Positions 18,367-29,722 of a stretch of 64,000 nucleotides of DNA are shown here, piece after piece. A program made the translations under genes and the position numbers. How positions within the stretch are numbered: position 1 is the stretch's first letter; the number at the start of each line of letters is the position of its first letter. Origin of the DNA: an uncultured Nitrospiraceae bacterium (GTDB lineage: Bacteria > Nitrospirota > Thermodesulfovibrionia > Thermodesulfovibrionales > SM23-35); assembly GCA_963727775.1 (NCBI GenBank), contig CAVSHB010000002.1, positions 544,001 to 608,000 on the forward strand. Reading direction: 5' to 3'. The notes below the pieces were generated by a model. The model was not told the DNA's origin, ran no database searches, and saw only the letters and a list, made by a program, of their open reading frames with translations.

Positions 18367-20337
18367 TTATTGTTTTCCCTTCAGAATTTCATTTACAACA
18401 GAAGGGTCTGCGAGGGTTGAGGTATCTCCGAGATCCTCGGTATCGCCCCTCGCAATCTTTCTGAGAATTCGCCGCATGATCTTTCCGCTTCTGGTCTTGG
18501 GAAGGCCGGGAGCGAACTGGATTTTATCAGGGCTCGCTATCGGACCGATTACATGTCTGACGTGCCCTACAAGTATCTTTTTAAGTTCAGGTGTCGGATC
18601 GTAACCTTCTTTAAGGGTCACATACACATAGATGCCTTCACCTTTAATGTCATGGGGATACCCGACTGTTGCAGCCTCTGCAACTGCTTCATGGCTGACC
18701 AAGGCGGATTCGATCTCCGCGGTACCGATCCTGTGCCCGGAGACATTAATGACATCGTCGATCCTTCCCATGAGCCAGTAATCTCCGTCCTCGTCCAACC
18801 GTGCGCCGTCGCCGGTGAAGTATTTCCCGGGGAAGCGGGAGAAATACACTTCCTTGATTCTCTTGTTTTCCGGATCTCCGTAAGTTCCGCGCAATATTCC
18901 GGGCCACGGTCTGTCAATACAGAGGTAACCGCCTTCGTTGATTCCTGCCGGTGATCCATCCTCCTTTAAAATTATTGGGACAAGGCCAGGAAATGGTTTG
19001 CTTGCGGACCCCGGTTTTGTAGTCATCGCACCCGGCAAAGGTGTTATGAGTATTCCGCCTGTTTCAGTCTGCCACCAGGTGTCGACAATGGGCAGCTTGC
19101 CTTTCCCCACATTGTTGTGGTACCACATCCACGCTTCGGGATTTATCGGTTCTCCCACAGTACCGAGCAATCTTAATGAGGAGAGGTCGTGTTTTTGGAC
19201 CCAACTCTCACCTTCCCTCATGAGGGCCCTGATTGCAGTGGGAGCTGTATAAAAGATACTTATCTTATGCTTTTCAACGATCTTCCAGAACCTGCCGGGA
19301 TCAGGATAGGTTGGAATACCTTCAAACATGAAGCTGGTGGCTCCATTGCTTAGAGGTCCGTAAACGATATAACTGTGGCCTGTTACCCAGCCGATGTCGG
19401 CAGTGCAGAAATGGATATCTTCAGGGCGGTAATCAAAAATCCATTTGAAGGTGAGGTTTGTGAAGAGCATATAACCGCCTATCGTATGAAGGACTCCCTT
19501 TGGCTTTCCTGTAGAACCGGAAGTGTAGAGGATAAACAGCGGGTCTTCAGCGTCCATCTGTTCAGGTTCACAGTAGTCTTTAATCTCCGGGTCATTCATC
19601 TCATCGTGCCACCAGAAATCTCTCTCCGGCTCCATATCAACACTGCCGACCCTCTTGACCACGATCATTCTGTCTACTGTCGGGCATTCCTGGACTGCTT
19701 CATCGGCATTTGACTTAAGGGGAACATATCTGCTGCCCCTGACGCCTTTGTCCGCAGTAATCACGAGCTTTGACTTGCAGTCCTGAATCCTGTCCTTTAA
19801 GGCCTGTGCGCTGAAACCGCCGAAAACAATGCTGTGAATCGCGCCGATACGTGCGCAGGCAAGCATCGATATAACAAGTTCGGGTATCATCGGCAGATAG
19901 ATTGTTACCCTGTCACCTTTTGTGACGCCATACTTTTTAAGGACATTCGCAAATCTGTTTACTTCATAGAAAAGCTGCTGGTAGGTGTACGTTTTGTAGG
20001 TACCGTCGTCAGCTTCCCATATGATGGCTGCCTTGTTCCTTGTGGCAGTGTTCATAAACCTGTCCAGGCAGTTATAGGAAGCATTCAGTTTTCCTCCAAC
20101 AAACCATTTGATATACGGTTTATTAAAATCCCAATCAGATACCTTGTCCCATTTCTTATACCAGATCAGTTGTGTTTCTGCCATTTCCGCCCAAAAACCC
20201 TCAGGGTCTTCGACTGATCTTCTATAAAGCTTTTCGTAAGCTTCTATGTTTTTGATATGAGCTTTTTCGCTGAATTCTTTTGACGGCGGGAATGTCCTTT
20301 TTTCCGTCGACAATACATCAATACTTTCTTTCGACAT
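18367..20337 (-). CDS. acs: acetyl-CoA synthetase (AMP-forming)
   Basis: [41 protein letters not shown]. Confidence 0.98.
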   Translation of the reverse strand: MSKESIDVLSTEKRTFPPSKEFSEKAHIKNIEAYEKLYRRSVEDPEGFWAEMAETQLIWYKKWDKVSDWDFNKPYIKWFVGGKLNASYNCLDRFMNTATRNKAAIIWEADDGTYKTYTYQQLFYEVNRFANVLKKYGVTKGDRVTIYLPMIPELVISMLACARIGAIHSIVFGGFSAQALKDRIQDCKSKLVITADKGVRGSRYVPLKSNADEAVQECPTVDRMIVVKRVGSVDMEPERDFWWHDEMNDPEIKDYCEPEQMDAEDPLFILYTSGSTGKPKGVLHTIGGYMLFTNLTFKWIFDYRPEDIHFCTADIGWVTGHSYIVYGPLSNGATSFMFEGIPTYPDPGRFWKIVEKHKISIFYTAPTAIRALMREGESWVQKHDLSSLRLLGTVGEPINPEAWMWYHNNVGKGKLPIVDTWWQTETGGILITPLPGAMTTKPGSASKPFPGLVPIILKEDGSPAGINEGGYLCIDRPWPGILRGTYGDPENKRIKEVYFSRFPGKYFTGDGARLDEDGDYWLMGRIDDVINVSGHRIGTAEIESALVSHEAVAEAATVGYPHDIKGEGIYVYVTLKEGYDPTPELKKILVGHVRHVIGPIASPDKIQFAPGLPKTRSGKIMRRILRKIARGDTEDLGDTSTLADPSVVNEILKGKQ

Positions 20338-20387
20338 CCTTTATACTCCCTCCTTTACGAAATTGGAATATTGAGTTTTATTATGTT

Positions 20388-22271
20388 CTATTCTGCTCCG
20401 ATTCCTACATAACTCCTGACCTTCTCATCTTCGAATTTTATATCAGCCCCTTTCTCGGGCGCCAGAAGCGACACAAGAATGCCGATCAGGAAAGCGAGCC
20501 CCATGGATATGACTGCAGGGTTCTTCATCGGGAATATGGCCTTTGGTTTCGGTGATACCAGGGTAACAGCTTCGATTTTGTCTTTGTATACACTCGGGGC
20601 CACGGTCGTGAGGATTTGGTCTATCTGACCATTAATCTGTTTGTTGCTGTCTACGTCAGCAGATGAGAGGACAGTGCCTTCGGCTGCAGTCTTGATGCCC
20701 TTTTGGAGTGTGCCGATTTTGCTCTTTGCATCTTTGTCCGCTGCTATTATCTCAAGTGCAGCGGCTTTCTCGATTTTCTTGTTTGCAGCCTCATCTTCAG
20801 AACTCAATGTCTGTCCGGGCGCAGCTATTTTAATATCCTTCTTGATCTTGTCGACTTTTTCCTTTATATCCCAGGCTGTCTTCTCCTTCAGGTGAACAAT
20901 ATCAACCCAGACCGTAGGGCTCAAAATAATAAGCCCGGCAGCGAGGATGAGGCCAGTATAGATGCTCGCTACAGCGCCTTTTGTCGTGAATTTCTTCCAT
21001 GTGATCGATAAGAGAAGGGCTGGGAAATTGGCGCTGCACGCGACAGCAAAAGCCAGTCCGACCATGAAAGCGACATTCTGCCCTTTAAACAGGATGCCGA
21101 GCAGGATAGCCGAGACCCCGAGAATGATCGTAGCAATTTTTGCGACTTTGACCTCTTCTTTTTCTGCAGCCTGCCCGCGTCTTATAACACCGACATAAAG
21201 GTCATGTGAAAGGGCCGATGCCCCGGCAAGAGTCAGACCGGAAACAACCGCGAGGATTGTTGCGAAGGCTACAGCAGCGAGAAATCCAAGAAAGAAAGTC
21301 CCACCCAATGCTTCTGCGAGCAGCGGAGCAGCCATGTTGCCGCCTGCATCGATACCGGTAATAATCTTCTTCCCGACGAGGATAGCGGCGCCAAATCCTA
21401 TCGTAACGGTAAGTATATAAAAATAACCGATAAAACCTGTTGCATAAAATACCGACTTTCTGGCTGTTTTTGCATCAGGCACCGTATAGAACCTCATCAA
21501 TATGTGAGGGAGTCCAGCAGTTCCGAACATAAGAGCAAGTCCGAGAGAGAATGCCTCGAGAGGGCTGGTGATGAGGCCGCCGGGCTGGAGGAACGTGTCG
21601 CCATATTTAGTTGCCGCCTGGTGAAAAAGGTCTCCATAACTGAAGCCGAACGTCAAGAGCGTAAGAAAAACGAGAACCGTAGCGCCGCCGAGGAGGAGCG
21701 CCGCTTTGATGATCTGAACCCATGTGGTTGCGATCATCCCGCCGAAAAGCACGTAGGATATCATAAGGGCTCCCACCGCTATGACCGCGACCTCAAACGG
21801 CAACCCGAACATCAGTTTCACCAATGTCCCTGCGCCGACCATCTGTGCTATCAGATAAAATAGGACCGTAACGAGAGAGCCTGCTGCTGCCGCTCCTCTT
21901 ATCGGCCTCTGATTTAACCTGTATGCTACGACATCGGCAAACGTATATTTGCCGAGATTCCTCAGGGGTTCCGCGATGAGGAACATGATAATAGGCCATC
22001 CCACAAGCCAGCCGACGGAATAGATAAGCCCGTCATAGCCCTTTGTCGAGACCAGCCCGGCTATTCCCAGAAAGGAAGCCGCACTCATATAGTCACCTGC
22101 GAGCGCGAGGCCGTTCTGCAGTCCCGTTACGCTCCTGCCTGCCGCATAAAAATCTTTTGTCGTCCTTGTCCTCTTTGCCGCCCAGTACGTTATTGCGAGT
22201 GTGGTCATAACAAATACAAAAAAGAAAATAATCGATGTAATATGCACCTGTCCTATAGTAGTCTGTTGCAT
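20388..22271 (-). CDS. actP: cation/acetate symporter with a large C-terminal loop insertion
   Basis: [40 protein letters not shown]. Confidence 0.95.
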   Translation of the reverse strand: MQQTTIGQVHITSIIFFFVFVMTTLAITYWAAKRTRTTKDFYAAGRSVTGLQNGLALAGDYMSAASFLGIAGLVSTKGYDGLIYSVGWLVGWPIIMFLIAEPLRNLGKYTFADVVAYRLNQRPIRGAAAAGSLVTVLFYLIAQMVGAGTLVKLMFGLPFEVAVIAVGALMISYVLFGGMIATTWVQIIKAALLLGGATVLVFLTLLTFGFSYGDLFHQAATKYGDTFLQPGGLITSPLEAFSLGLALMFGTAGLPHILMRFYTVPDAKTARKSVFYATGFIGYFYILTVTIGFGAAILVGKKIITGIDAGGNMAAPLLAEALGGTFFLGFLAAVAFATILAVVSGLTLAGASALSHDLYVGVIRRGQAAEKEEVKVAKIATIILGVSAILLGILFKGQNVAFMVGLAFAVACSANFPALLLSITWKKFTTKGAVASIYTGLILAAGLIILSPTVWVDIVHLKEKTAWDIKEKVDKIKKDIKIAAPGQTLSSEDEAANKKIEKAAALEIIAADKDAKSKIGTLQKGIKTAAEGTVLSSADVDSNKQINGQIDQILTTVAPSVYKDKIEAVTLVSPKPKAIFPMKNPAVISMGLAFLIGILVSLLAPEKGADIKFEDEKVRSYVGIGAE

Positions 22272-22273
22272 TT

Positions 22274-22591
22274 CTACCCTCCTATCTTGTCTCTCAGGTT
22301 TTTAACCATGCCGTCATATTTAGTATTGGCCCATCGGATATAGATTCCGGTAAATATCCATGAAAGCACAATAGTGCCGACTGCTATAGGAATCCCGACC
22401 GTGATTGCCCCGTAAATTTTCTGGGAAAGGAAGTCCTTGTTAAAGGCGATAAGGGCTATAAACCCGAAATAGAGAACCAGTTCCAGCACGGTGAGGATTA
22501 TTGATATGGAATTCTTCTGACTGCGCAATGCTTTGAAATCATCGTCGTTGAGGATATCTTCAGTGGTTATTTTGCCGCTTTTAGTGCTCAT
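22274..22591 (-). CDS. DUF485 (YjcH-like) membrane partner of ActP
   Basis: Two TM segments, [10 protein letters not shown], directly upstream of actP. Confidence 0.9.
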   Translation of the reverse strand: MSTKSGKITTEDILNDDDFKALRSQKNSISIILTVLELVLYFGFIALIAFNKDFLSQKIYGAITVGIPIAVGTIVLSWIFTGIYIRWANTKYDGMVKNLRDKIGG

Positions 22592-22627
22592 TCTTAACCC
22601 CCCTCATTTGCTTAAATTTTTTTAAGA

Positions 22628-23332
22628 CTAAAAATTGCTTATTTCACTTGATCCCTTGTGTTTATCACCTCCTTCGAAAGGATGCCCTATTTCCAATAGG
22701 TCTCCTATATGATTTACTCCGATATCAATGAGAACCTGCATAAAACGTTGTAAGAGTTGCGCTGTGATGAATGCATCAACAAGCGCATTGTGCGCACCGC
22801 GAACGGCGATGCTGAAACATTGCGCAATTTCGTAAAGTGATGAATCTTTTGGTGATGACGAGAAACAGGTTCGGGTCGGAACTTTATTCCTCAACCAGTC
22901 ATAGACGTTATAGGTATCTATTACGGGATTTTGCACCGTATTTCCCGAAATCCGCTTCGTCTCCCGGTTAATAAAACTCAGGTCTATCGAAACGCAGTGC
23001 CCTACAATGACATCATCATCACAGAAGCGGAGAAACTCTGAGAGAACTGCATCGATATTCGGCTTTTCTAAAACATCCGATGGTGTGATTTCGTGCACTA
23101 CTACACTTTTAGGCTGAAATTTACTCTCCGGTCTTACCAGTTGATGGAAGCTGTCGGCAAGTTCAATCCTTGTCCCGTTCATACGAACAGCCCCCATGGA
23201 GATTATGGAATCTTTTTTCTCATTCAGCCCCGTAAGCTCTGTATCTATGACCGTGTATTGGACATCCATAATGGATTTGTTTTTGTCGATATTAAGCGGA
23301 GCCTGTTTCCTGAGTTTAAAAAAATCAATCAT
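22628..23332 (-). CDS. DEDDh 3'-5' exonuclease (PolIII epsilon-like)
   Basis: VIDTELTGL, VGHCVSIDL, HNALVDA. Confidence 0.92.
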   Translation of the reverse strand: MIDFFKLRKQAPLNIDKNKSIMDVQYTVIDTELTGLNEKKDSIISMGAVRMNGTRIELADSFHQLVRPESKFQPKSVVVHEITPSDVLEKPNIDAVLSEFLRFCDDDVIVGHCVSIDLSFINRETKRISGNTVQNPVIDTYNVYDWLRNKVPTRTCFSSSPKDSSLYEIAQCFSIAVRGAHNALVDAFITAQLLQRFMQVLIDIGVNHIGDLLEIGHPFEGGDKHKGSSEISNF

Positions 23333-23337
23333 TTCCT

Positions 23338-25236
23338 TTACCAGATCATCGCTTTATAGCGTTCAATAATCAGGTCCTGAATCTTCGATACGAGCTGAAA
23401 CGTCTCCTTCGCGATACGCTTCTCGAGGTTGCTCAGGTTATTGGGATTAATGAAATTATCAATATCTTTTCCGTCTTTCAACTGCTCCAACTGGTGTTGA
23501 ATTCTGAGGAGCATAATAAATTCAAAGGCGTGAATAAGCTCGTCCGCGTATTCTTTTACAATCGTGTGTTTGTCTCTCAGGATATTGATCCTTTCGATAG
23601 TGGAGGTTTCTCTAAGGCCTTTTTCCAGGGCAAAAAGTCTTACTATGTCCACCAGTGGAGCAAGACCCTTAATCTTCATATTCAATTTGTCTTTGTGTTC
23701 TCCGCTCTTTTCGACCACAAAGGTCTTCAGGAAACCTATGGGCGGCATGTTCTTTATCGCCAGGTTTGCTATATAACCGAGGAAAATTTTTGAGTCTTTT
23801 GCCATCGACAGTGTGAAATCCTTCAGCCAATCCAGGAGCCTTGTCTCACCATAAACGGCCCTGACGTCGAAAAATGTGACGGAATTTAATACTGCATCCG
23901 AGGTCGGCGTGGATATCCAGTTTGTAAAATATTTTCTCCAGACATGCAGAGGCTGCCGCCACATCGGGTTTGTGGCCATAAAATCGGCGGGGCATAACGG
24001 GAACCCGCACTTGAGCAAGCCATCCCGGACAAATGACGTGAAAATCCTGAAATATTCCTGTGCGGCCGCTTCCATTTCAGCGTCAGCCGGATCATGATAG
24101 ATGAGCGCGTTGTCCTGGTCGGTTTTAAAGGTCTGCTCCTTCCGTCCCTCGCTCCCGAATGAGACCCAGCAGTAAGGGACAGGAGGTTCACCAAAACGCT
24201 CTTCGGCGATCTCGAGTATTTTCTTTACCAGCCTATCGTTGATCTCGGTAATGATCCTCGTAATGCTGCTTGCCTTCGCACCCTCATTCAGCAATAAGCC
24301 AACGATATTGTTAATTTTTTTTGAGACAGGGATGAGGGCATCGACGGTACTCTGGCTTTCGATATCTTTAACGACCGAAAGCGGAGAGGTCCCCTGTATA
24401 AGCATAAGGTCGTGGTTGGTCAAAATTCCCGTGAGTTTATTGTCTTTCATAACCAGCAGATGGTGGACATTATGTTTAACCATTTTCAGGATTGCTTCAA
24501 AACAATATTCCTTCACATCGGCCTGCACGTGGGGAACGCTCATGATATCCGTGACAGGGTCCCGGCAGTCCTTTCCTTTCGAGACCACCTTGTCTCTGAG
24601 GTCCCTGTCGGTGATTATCCCCGTCGCAAGTCCTTTTGCATCGATCAGGATCAATGAACTGATCCTGTAATTAGACATTATCTCTGCCGCCTCTTGAATG
24701 GACAGGTTCTCGGAAGCCTTTATGATGTTCCTGGACGCAAGCTCCCCTACGGGCATGGTGAAAAGGATCTTGTCCCCTCCCGCATAAACCAAATTTTTGT
24801 TCTGAATCTCCTTAAACGTCTTGTCCAGATATTTGCTCAGGAAGGATTTATTGAAGAATTCTCTGATGACGGGATTTGAATACATAAGATTCTGTATCGT
24901 TTCCCGGTTTATCAGGTAACAGATCGTATCATCGAGCGCAACAACATTTGCCCTTGCTTCGGCGCCGCCGAAAATAAGGAGATAGCCTATTAAATCACCT
25001 TCGCCCCTGTAATCAACGAATACCTCTTCATTCTCGTTCGTGATAAAGACTTTTACTTCGCCCTTTTTGATGACGTAAAGATATCCGGGCGCAGGACCCC
25101 CCTGAGATTGAATTAACGTCCCTTTCGGGTAAAATTCCATCGAGACGCCGCCGGTTATATTTTTTAAAGTAGTATCATCAAGAAACTGGAAAGGAGGTAT
25201 TTTTTTGAGGAATTCTATGACATCTTCGATAAGCAT
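23338..25236 (-). CDS. cNMP-binding / 2xCBS / DUF294 nucleotidyltransferase-like protein
   Basis: cNMP domain (FLKKIPPF..GEV..GD), CBS (GIITDRDL), GSEGRKEQ..TDQDN, FFDVR. Confidence 0.93.
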   Translation of the reverse strand: MLIEDVIEFLKKIPPFQFLDDTTLKNITGGVSMEFYPKGTLIQSQGGPAPGYLYVIKKGEVKVFITNENEEVFVDYRGEGDLIGYLLIFGGAEARANVVALDDTICYLINRETIQNLMYSNPVIREFFNKSFLSKYLDKTFKEIQNKNLVYAGGDKILFTMPVGELASRNIIKASENLSIQEAAEIMSNYRISSLILIDAKGLATGIITDRDLRDKVVSKGKDCRDPVTDIMSVPHVQADVKEYCFEAILKMVKHNVHHLLVMKDNKLTGILTNHDLMLIQGTSPLSVVKDIESQSTVDALIPVSKKINNIVGLLLNEGAKASSITRIITEINDRLVKKILEIAEERFGEPPVPYCWVSFGSEGRKEQTFKTDQDNALIYHDPADAEMEAAAQEYFRIFTSFVRDGLLKCGFPLCPADFMATNPMWRQPLHVWRKYFTNWISTPTSDAVLNSVTFFDVRAVYGETRLLDWLKDFTLSMAKDSKIFLGYIANLAIKNMPPIGFLKTFVVEKSGEHKDKLNMKIKGLAPLVDIVRLFALEKGLRETSTIERINILRDKHTIVKEYADELIHAFEFIMLLRIQHQLEQLKDGKDIDNFINPNNLSNLEKRIAKETFQLVSKIQDLIIERYKAMIW

Positions 25237-25616
25237 CTTACATCACATTCTTCGTGCACTGTTCAGGGTTAATTTGCAAAAAGAAGCGCCACAATTTATG
25301 TCGTAAGCTTAGCAATCGCATACAGTATGGTAAATCAATATAAAATAGCCTCTGTATTGGAATGCAGCGTGACGTGATCGGGTGGTATACGCCCAATACA
25401 TGAGGCCAATGGAAGTAAGTATAACAAAAAAAAAAATATTTTTGTCAACTATTGATGCAATTGCTAAGATTGCCGGATTTTTTGTCTGTACGTATGAAAA
25501 TACTTGAATATCAAACGGTTATAGTTTCAGGGAGAAATCCCCTATTGTAATCGTGGGAAATATCATTATAATTATTACAAGCTGGAAATTTTTATACACT
25601 TAATGGAGGTATTCTT

Positions 25617-26831
25617 ATGCCCGTCATTAAAAGAATCGGCGTCATAACAAGCGGCGGAGATTGCGGCGGCCTGAATGCGGTGATCAAAGGGATTGCGCGG
25701 GAGGCCTACGACCTGGGGATCGAATCAGTCGTTATTCCTCACGGATATGCAGGTCTCTATAATCTGGTCAAGATGGATAAGGTGGTTTCATTAAACGCCG
25801 AGCGGGTAAGTAAAATAGAAGCGTCCCTCGCGGGCTCGGAGGCGGGCCACTCGCGGGTCAAGATCAGCAAGATAGCGGACCCTAACAAATATGAGCGGAT
25901 TAAGGAAGGACTGAAAAAATTTGCGATCGATGCGCTGATTATAAGCGGAGGGGATGATACGGGAAGCGTGGTCGTAGACCTTACTTCCAAGGGCATCCCG
26001 TGTATTCATGTCCCTAAAACTATGGACCTTGATCTCCAGTCTTACAGCGTCGGAGGTGATTCGGCGATTAACAGGATAGCGGTTTTTACAAGAGACCTCA
26101 AGACCACAGGCTTGAGTCATAACCGCATCCTTGCGATAGAGGTGTTCGGAAGGTATGTGGGACACACCGCCCTTCGCGGGGGTATAGGCGCTGAGGCCGA
26201 CTGTATATTGATACCGGAAATACCCGTTGATTTCGATGAGGTATATGAGCATATGAAGACCACATACTTTGCCAGGATCGAGAGAAGCGATGTGAAATCA
26301 GGCACCTACATTATTGTTGTTGCCGAAGGTATTAAAATTGCGGGCGGAGAAATGCTCTACGACGAATCCATCCCGCCCGATGCCTTCGGACACAGGAAGC
26401 TCGCGGGCGCCGGGAGATACGTGCGGCAGCAACTGGAAAAGAGACTGAAGGGCGACCCGGAGGTGTCGGATTTTATGCAGAGGACAGGCATGTTTGCGCC
26501 CGGGGTTTATGAGATACCGGAGGTGAGGGAGGTGGTCCCGGGACACCTCGTGCGCTCAGGCCAGTCATCAGCTTTTGATGTGAACTTCGGCTATAAGGCT
26601 GGAGCGGCAGCAGTTTTTCTTTTGAAAGAAGCCAAATTCGGGAATACTGTCGTGAGCGTTGAAGGGAACCATATCCTCTACCAGCCGACAGCGGAAGTGA
26701 TAAAGAGAAGAGAGGTAGACCTCAAGGAAATCGCCATTTTCGAGAGCCTCGGTACCTGTTTCGGAAGGAAACCGCAGAAGTTTGATTATGAACTCCTTGA
26801 GGTCAAGGGCACCATAGACAGGCATTTGTAA
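25617..26831 (+). CDS. phosphofructokinase family, probably PPi-dependent
   Basis: TSGGDCGGLN, GGDDT, PKTMDLD, EVFGR, VAEG, GHLVRSG. Confidence 0.9.
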   Translation: MPVIKRIGVITSGGDCGGLNAVIKGIAREAYDLGIESVVIPHGYAGLYNLVKMDKVVSLNAERVSKIEASLAGSEAGHSRVKISKIADPNKYERIKEGLKKFAIDALIISGGDDTGSVVVDLTSKGIPCIHVPKTMDLDLQSYSVGGDSAINRIAVFTRDLKTTGLSHNRILAIEVFGRYVGHTALRGGIGAEADCILIPEIPVDFDEVYEHMKTTYFARIERSDVKSGTYIIVVAEGIKIAGGEMLYDESIPPDAFGHRKLAGAGRYVRQQLEKRLKGDPEVSDFMQRTGMFAPGVYEIPEVREVVPGHLVRSGQSSAFDVNFGYKAGAAAVFLLKEAKFGNTVVSVEGNHILYQPTAEVIKRREVDLKEIAIFESLGTCFGRKPQKFDYELLEVKGTIDRHL

Positions 26832-26940
26832 GAGTCAAATTCTCTTGTGTAGCGCCAATACTTTCAGAAAACCGAAACTCCGGCAATAGTACACTCGGAA
26901 TAAAACTCCATCGAAAAAACATGAGGGCGAGAAGTACAGC

Positions 26941-27319
26941 CATTATGTTGAGTTCCCCGTTATGTGGAGTAAACGTTGCAACCATATGAATCACAACAGT
27001 TCTCGCTCAATCTACTTCACATAATGAGGGATCTTCCATTGCCTCAAGTTCAATGGAACTGGTATTTTTGGCAGAGCACCGATGAATCCCTTGAAGAATC
27101 AGAGACCCCGTGTGAAGCAAGGATTGATAAACCTTTTTGCAATTCCATCCCTTATGCTTTTGATACGAATACCTTTGCTATCTACTCCCTAATTTAGGTA
27201 TTTCAATAAGGAATGCATCTAGGGCCGCCTCATTATTATGTGCAGTAAATTTGTTTAGAATACTTATGCAGTAAGGATTTGGAGCGACTACTTCACATAA
27301 CGGGGAACTCCACATAATG
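26941..27319. repeat. 379-bp non-coding element bounded by 31-bp inverted repeats
   Basis: CATTATGTTGAGTTCCCCGTTATGTGGAGTA (26941-26971) versus the reverse complement of 27289-27319, CATTATGTGGAGTTCCCCGTTATGTGAAGTA (2 mismatches). Confidence 0.75.
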
Positions 27320-27623
27320 AATAGTGTTTTATCCGTAGTGCCGAAAGGCATTGCGGATAAAACAAATTGAGCTGAGCCGCCCGGGGGAGTGTGAACAAAG
27401 AGTATGGGGATTGTAAAGGATGAGAATTATTCTATGAAGCAGTATTTGGTGGCTATAAGGAATATTTTCGCTGAGGTTCTCGAACTTATTGACTGGATAT
27501 CAGCTTTGAAGCCACCGGAAATAGAGACTGTTTGCTGACAAGCAGGCTGAGGAAACAGAACTTTCCGTTGACTTGTTGCAAAGCCTTTTCGGTTCTTCTG
27601 TTTCCGAAAGACAATATCCATGA

Positions 27624-28853
27624 TCATGACGAGTCCTTGTGCCCGCTATGGGAATAACTATATGCCCTTCTTGAAGGATATGGCATTTCCATCACGGTGA
27701 TCATGGTGCCTTCCCTGCAGCAGGGGCATCTGGTAATATCTATGCCTGTAAGCTCGATCATCAGTTCAGTTGCGGTCTTCTTTTCTCGCTCGGGATGTTC
27801 AGTGTTGTCGTCCATAAGTTCTCTGCAGAGCTGTATAGTTTCTTTCTTTTGCTTGTTGGCCAGGAAACCGAAATGCCGTATCTTCATGAAACCAGGAGGA
27901 AGCACGTGAAGAAGAAACCGTCTGATGAATTCTCCTGAATCCACCGTCGTCAATTTAAGGGTATTGTTATCTTTTCTGTCTCTGTAGGTAAAGGTGACCA
28001 TACCGTTCTGAACATCCACTATGCGGTTATTCGATATGGCCACCCTGTGTGTATATCTGCCAATATACTCGAGAACCTGTTGAGGCCCTGCAAAGGGCTT
28101 TTTGGAAAATACCACCCAGTTCTTTGCCCCGAGGTCTTTTATCAACCCCGAAAATCCATCAGGAGTTGCATACTTTGCAATGGTTCCGGGGAAATCCAGT
28201 TCACCCTTTGCATGAGCCTTCTGCAGGTGTTCAATGAACTTTCCCCTGAATACCATAGAGAGAGCCTCTACATTGAAGAGATAGTTCTCTGCCGAGGAGA
28301 TCCACCTTGTTTTGTCTGGGGACACAGCGCCTCCTGCTATTACACAATGCAGGTGAATATGGTCCAGAAGTCTCTGGTCCCATGTGTGCAGTATGGCTGT
28401 AAAGCCAAGCGTGCCACCAAGATTATTGATGCCGAATTGAAGAAGGGTTTCGGAGACTGCCTTGAACAGGATAGAGAAGATCGCTTTCCTGTTACTGAGG
28501 GCAATAGGATTCAATTCATGTGGCAGGGTAAAGACATTGTGGAAGTACGGCACCGGCAGAAGCTCAGCCTTGCGGTCTTCAAGCCATCTTGCTTTTGTCA
28601 GACACTGACACTTTGGGCAATGACGGTTGCGGCAGGAGTTGTATGCGTGTTGCTCGAATCCGCATTTGTTGCACTTCTCCACATGACCACCGAGATATGA
28701 GGTCCGGCATACGGCAATTGCCCGCATAACTTTACGCTGAGCATAAGGCACTGAGTTCTCACGCCTATAGACCTTTCCGAATTCCCGGAAGATATCGGCC
28801 ACTTCCCACTTCTTTACTACCTCCGACGGCAGGGCTTCCGTGGACGACGACAT
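27624..28853 (-). CDS. IS91-family transposase
   Basis: Zn-binding CRT..C..C..SCRNRHCPKC, HUH motif HIHLH, YxxxY motif YIGRY, IRHFG. Confidence 0.93.
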   Translation of the reverse strand: MSSSTEALPSEVVKKWEVADIFREFGKVYRRENSVPYAQRKVMRAIAVCRTSYLGGHVEKCNKCGFEQHAYNSCRNRHCPKCQCLTKARWLEDRKAELLPVPYFHNVFTLPHELNPIALSNRKAIFSILFKAVSETLLQFGINNLGGTLGFTAILHTWDQRLLDHIHLHCVIAGGAVSPDKTRWISSAENYLFNVEALSMVFRGKFIEHLQKAHAKGELDFPGTIAKYATPDGFSGLIKDLGAKNWVVFSKKPFAGPQQVLEYIGRYTHRVAISNNRIVDVQNGMVTFTYRDRKDNNTLKLTTVDSGEFIRRFLLHVLPPGFMKIRHFGFLANKQKKETIQLCRELMDDNTEHPEREKKTATELMIELTGIDITRCPCCREGTMITVMEMPYPSRRAYSYSHSGHKDSS

Positions 28854-28858
28854 CGAGA

Positions 28859-29722
28859 TTACACTTCAATCGACCTCTTATCGCCGGGTATCTCTATAAG
28901 GTCCAGCGGGCTCTTTGTGGCGGCCAGCTTCTTGCTGGTTATCCGCATATAGCGCGTCGTAGTCGTTATTGAGGAATGACCCATCAACAACTGGATGGTC
29001 CTCAAGTCCACTCCTGCTTCAAGAAGATGCGATGCAAAGCAATGGCGCAGGCTATGAATACAACCTCCCTTAGTTATGCCTGCCCTCTCTTTTGCACTGT
29101 AGTATATCCTCTCTGGCGTAGCTCTGTTCATCGGCCTATCAGAGAATGCTCCGGGGAAAAGCCAGAAACGTGGCTTGTACTTTCTCCAGTAAATTCGCAG
29201 TTCCGCCAATAAACGGGTTGACAGAATCGTATAGCGGTCTTTGTTTCCCTTGCCCTGACATACCCTGATCATCATTCTGCCGCTGTCTATGTCTTTAATC
29301 TTCAGATTTACTACTTCACTTACGCGCAGCCCGGCTGCGTATGTGGTCATCAATATCGTCCTGTGTTTAAGGTTTTGAGTGCATTGGAACAGTCTTGTAA
29401 GCTCCTCGACACTCAGAACCTCGGGAAGCTTTGTCTGCGGTTTCATAGGCGGGATCCCCAGATGCATCGAGTCCATCCCCAGCGTTTGCGTGTAGAAAAA
29501 CCTTAGCCCCGATACGACGACATTGCAGCTGCCCCATGAGAGTTTACGTCCCTCCATGAGATACAGAAGATATGCCTGTATCTTCTCCTTGTCAAGCAGG
29601 TCTGGTGACTGCTTATAGTACTTGGCCAGGCCTGCTACAGCCGACACGTACCCTTCCTGCGTACTCGGTGCAAACCTCCTTAGTTTCATTTCGTTGAGCA
29701 TCTTTTGACGTAGCGGTTTCAT
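28859..29722 (-). CDS. tyrosine recombinase (N-terminal SAM-like domain + catalytic domain)
   Basis: GLRVSE (R), GKGNKDR (K), HSLRH, LMGH, Y in TTTRY. Confidence 0.95.
   Translation of the reverse strand: MKPLRQKMLNEMKLRRFAPSTQEGYVSAVAGLAKYYKQSPDLLDKEKIQAYLLYLMEGRKLSWGSCNVVVSGLRFFYTQTLGMDSMHLGIPPMKPQTKLPEVLSVEELTRLFQCTQNLKHRTILMTTYAAGLRVSEVVNLKIKDIDSGRMMIRVCQGKGNKDRYTILSTRLLAELRIYWRKYKPRFWLFPGAFSDRPMNRATPERIYYSAKERAGITKGGCIHSLRHCFASHLLEAGVDLRTIQLLMGHSSITTTTRYMRITSKKLAATKSPLDLIEIPGDKRSIEV

Noticed and set aside
28859..29722. Integron integrase serving the attC at 1987-2052
   Set aside because: It is short (287 aa), shows no obvious IntI-specific insertion before the HxLRH box, is paired with the IS91-like transposase, and lies 27 kb away.
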